Shown here piece after piece: positions 63,236-64,000 of a stretch of 64,000 nucleotides of DNA. Source of the DNA: Squalus acanthias (Eukaryota); assembly GCA_030390025.1 (NCBI GenBank), contig CM059438.1, positions 56,732,001-56,796,000 of the forward strand, read 5' to 3'. Both the position numbers and the translations under genes were made by a program. The notes under the pieces are model-generated. The model was not told where the DNA came from. It saw only the letters and a list, made by a program, of their open reading frames with translations, and did not search any database. The stretch's first letter is position 1, and every line of letters starts with the position of its first letter.

Positions 63236-64000
63236 GTCAGCGTGGATACAAGGTAGAGAGCCCAGCGTTATAATCAGTATAAATAGTGAGAAGAAGAAAA
63301 TAAACCTCGAGAATCACAGTCATTCGTATCGACACAGTGAGGCTGGGACTCCCGCCTCTGAATGTGCTCAGCAGAGTCCCAGTGCTCAGAGAGTTGTATC
63401 GCGCTGGCTGAAAACTTACTGAACTGTTATGCGCATGTAAGGGATCCACTTAATGCAAACACATCACGCTTATCATTGGGCAATATACAACAGGCCTGCA
63501 AACCCAAGCCAAGCAAGCTGGATACACAGTACTGGAGCTCCACTGCCACACTGCCCACTACTGCAACACTGTGCCCCACACAGACAAAATGTGCCCCACC
63601 ACATCCCAATGTGCAGCACTGCCCCTGCGCCCCACTGAGCTGATTATACTACATTTCGGTATCAGATTTAGGTTGAATACAAAGCTGTTCCAATATCAAA
63701 AAGGATATATTGTAGTTACGAGATCAAATGTTATTTGGCTCAGTTGATATGTACTCCTGCTACTACACTCAATATCTCCCGCCCTCATCATCACTGGTGC
63801 ACCGTGGCTGCAGTGTGTAAGATCCGCAGGATGCACTGCAGCAACTCACAAACCCATGATCTCCATCACCTAGAGGGACAAGAGCAGAAAAGTCGTGGGA
63901 ACGCCACCACCTCCGAGTTTCTCTCCAAGTCACACACCATCCTGACTTGGAAATATATCGCTGTTCCTTCATCGTCCTGGGTCAAAATCCTGGAACTTCC

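Overview
Vertebrate genomic DNA, by inference a cartilaginous fish (shark-type CR1, HE1/V-SINE, DeuSINE and Penelope repeats). It contains two minus-strand genes, both reconstructed by hand from GT-AG junctions. (1) A complete ALAD (porphobilinogen synthase): 11 coding exons at 34578..9675 totalling 993 nt (330 aa), a non-coding first exon and a CpG-island promoter at ~36.3-36.7 kb. (2) The last seven coding exons of NDOR1 (61416..49510). The rest is mostly repeats: many CR1 copies (one full-length with an intact 983-aa ORF2), L2, Vingi-like and Tx1 LINEs, Penelope, SINEs, MITEs and about ten minisatellites. Best leads: a 42-bp minisatellite in the last NDOR1 intron that copies the real splice donor about 30 times; a minimal hammerhead ribozyme in a Penelope end; a nested CR1/CR1/MITE cluster with readable target-site duplications; G-quadruplex-type minisatellites on the ALAD sense strand; and Ser at ALAD position 12, where human has the oligomer-controlling Phe12. 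I found no CRISPR array, no rRNA and no true tRNA gene, and no clearly new biological system. Repeat boundaries are approximate, and repeat family names come from recognition rather than a database search.
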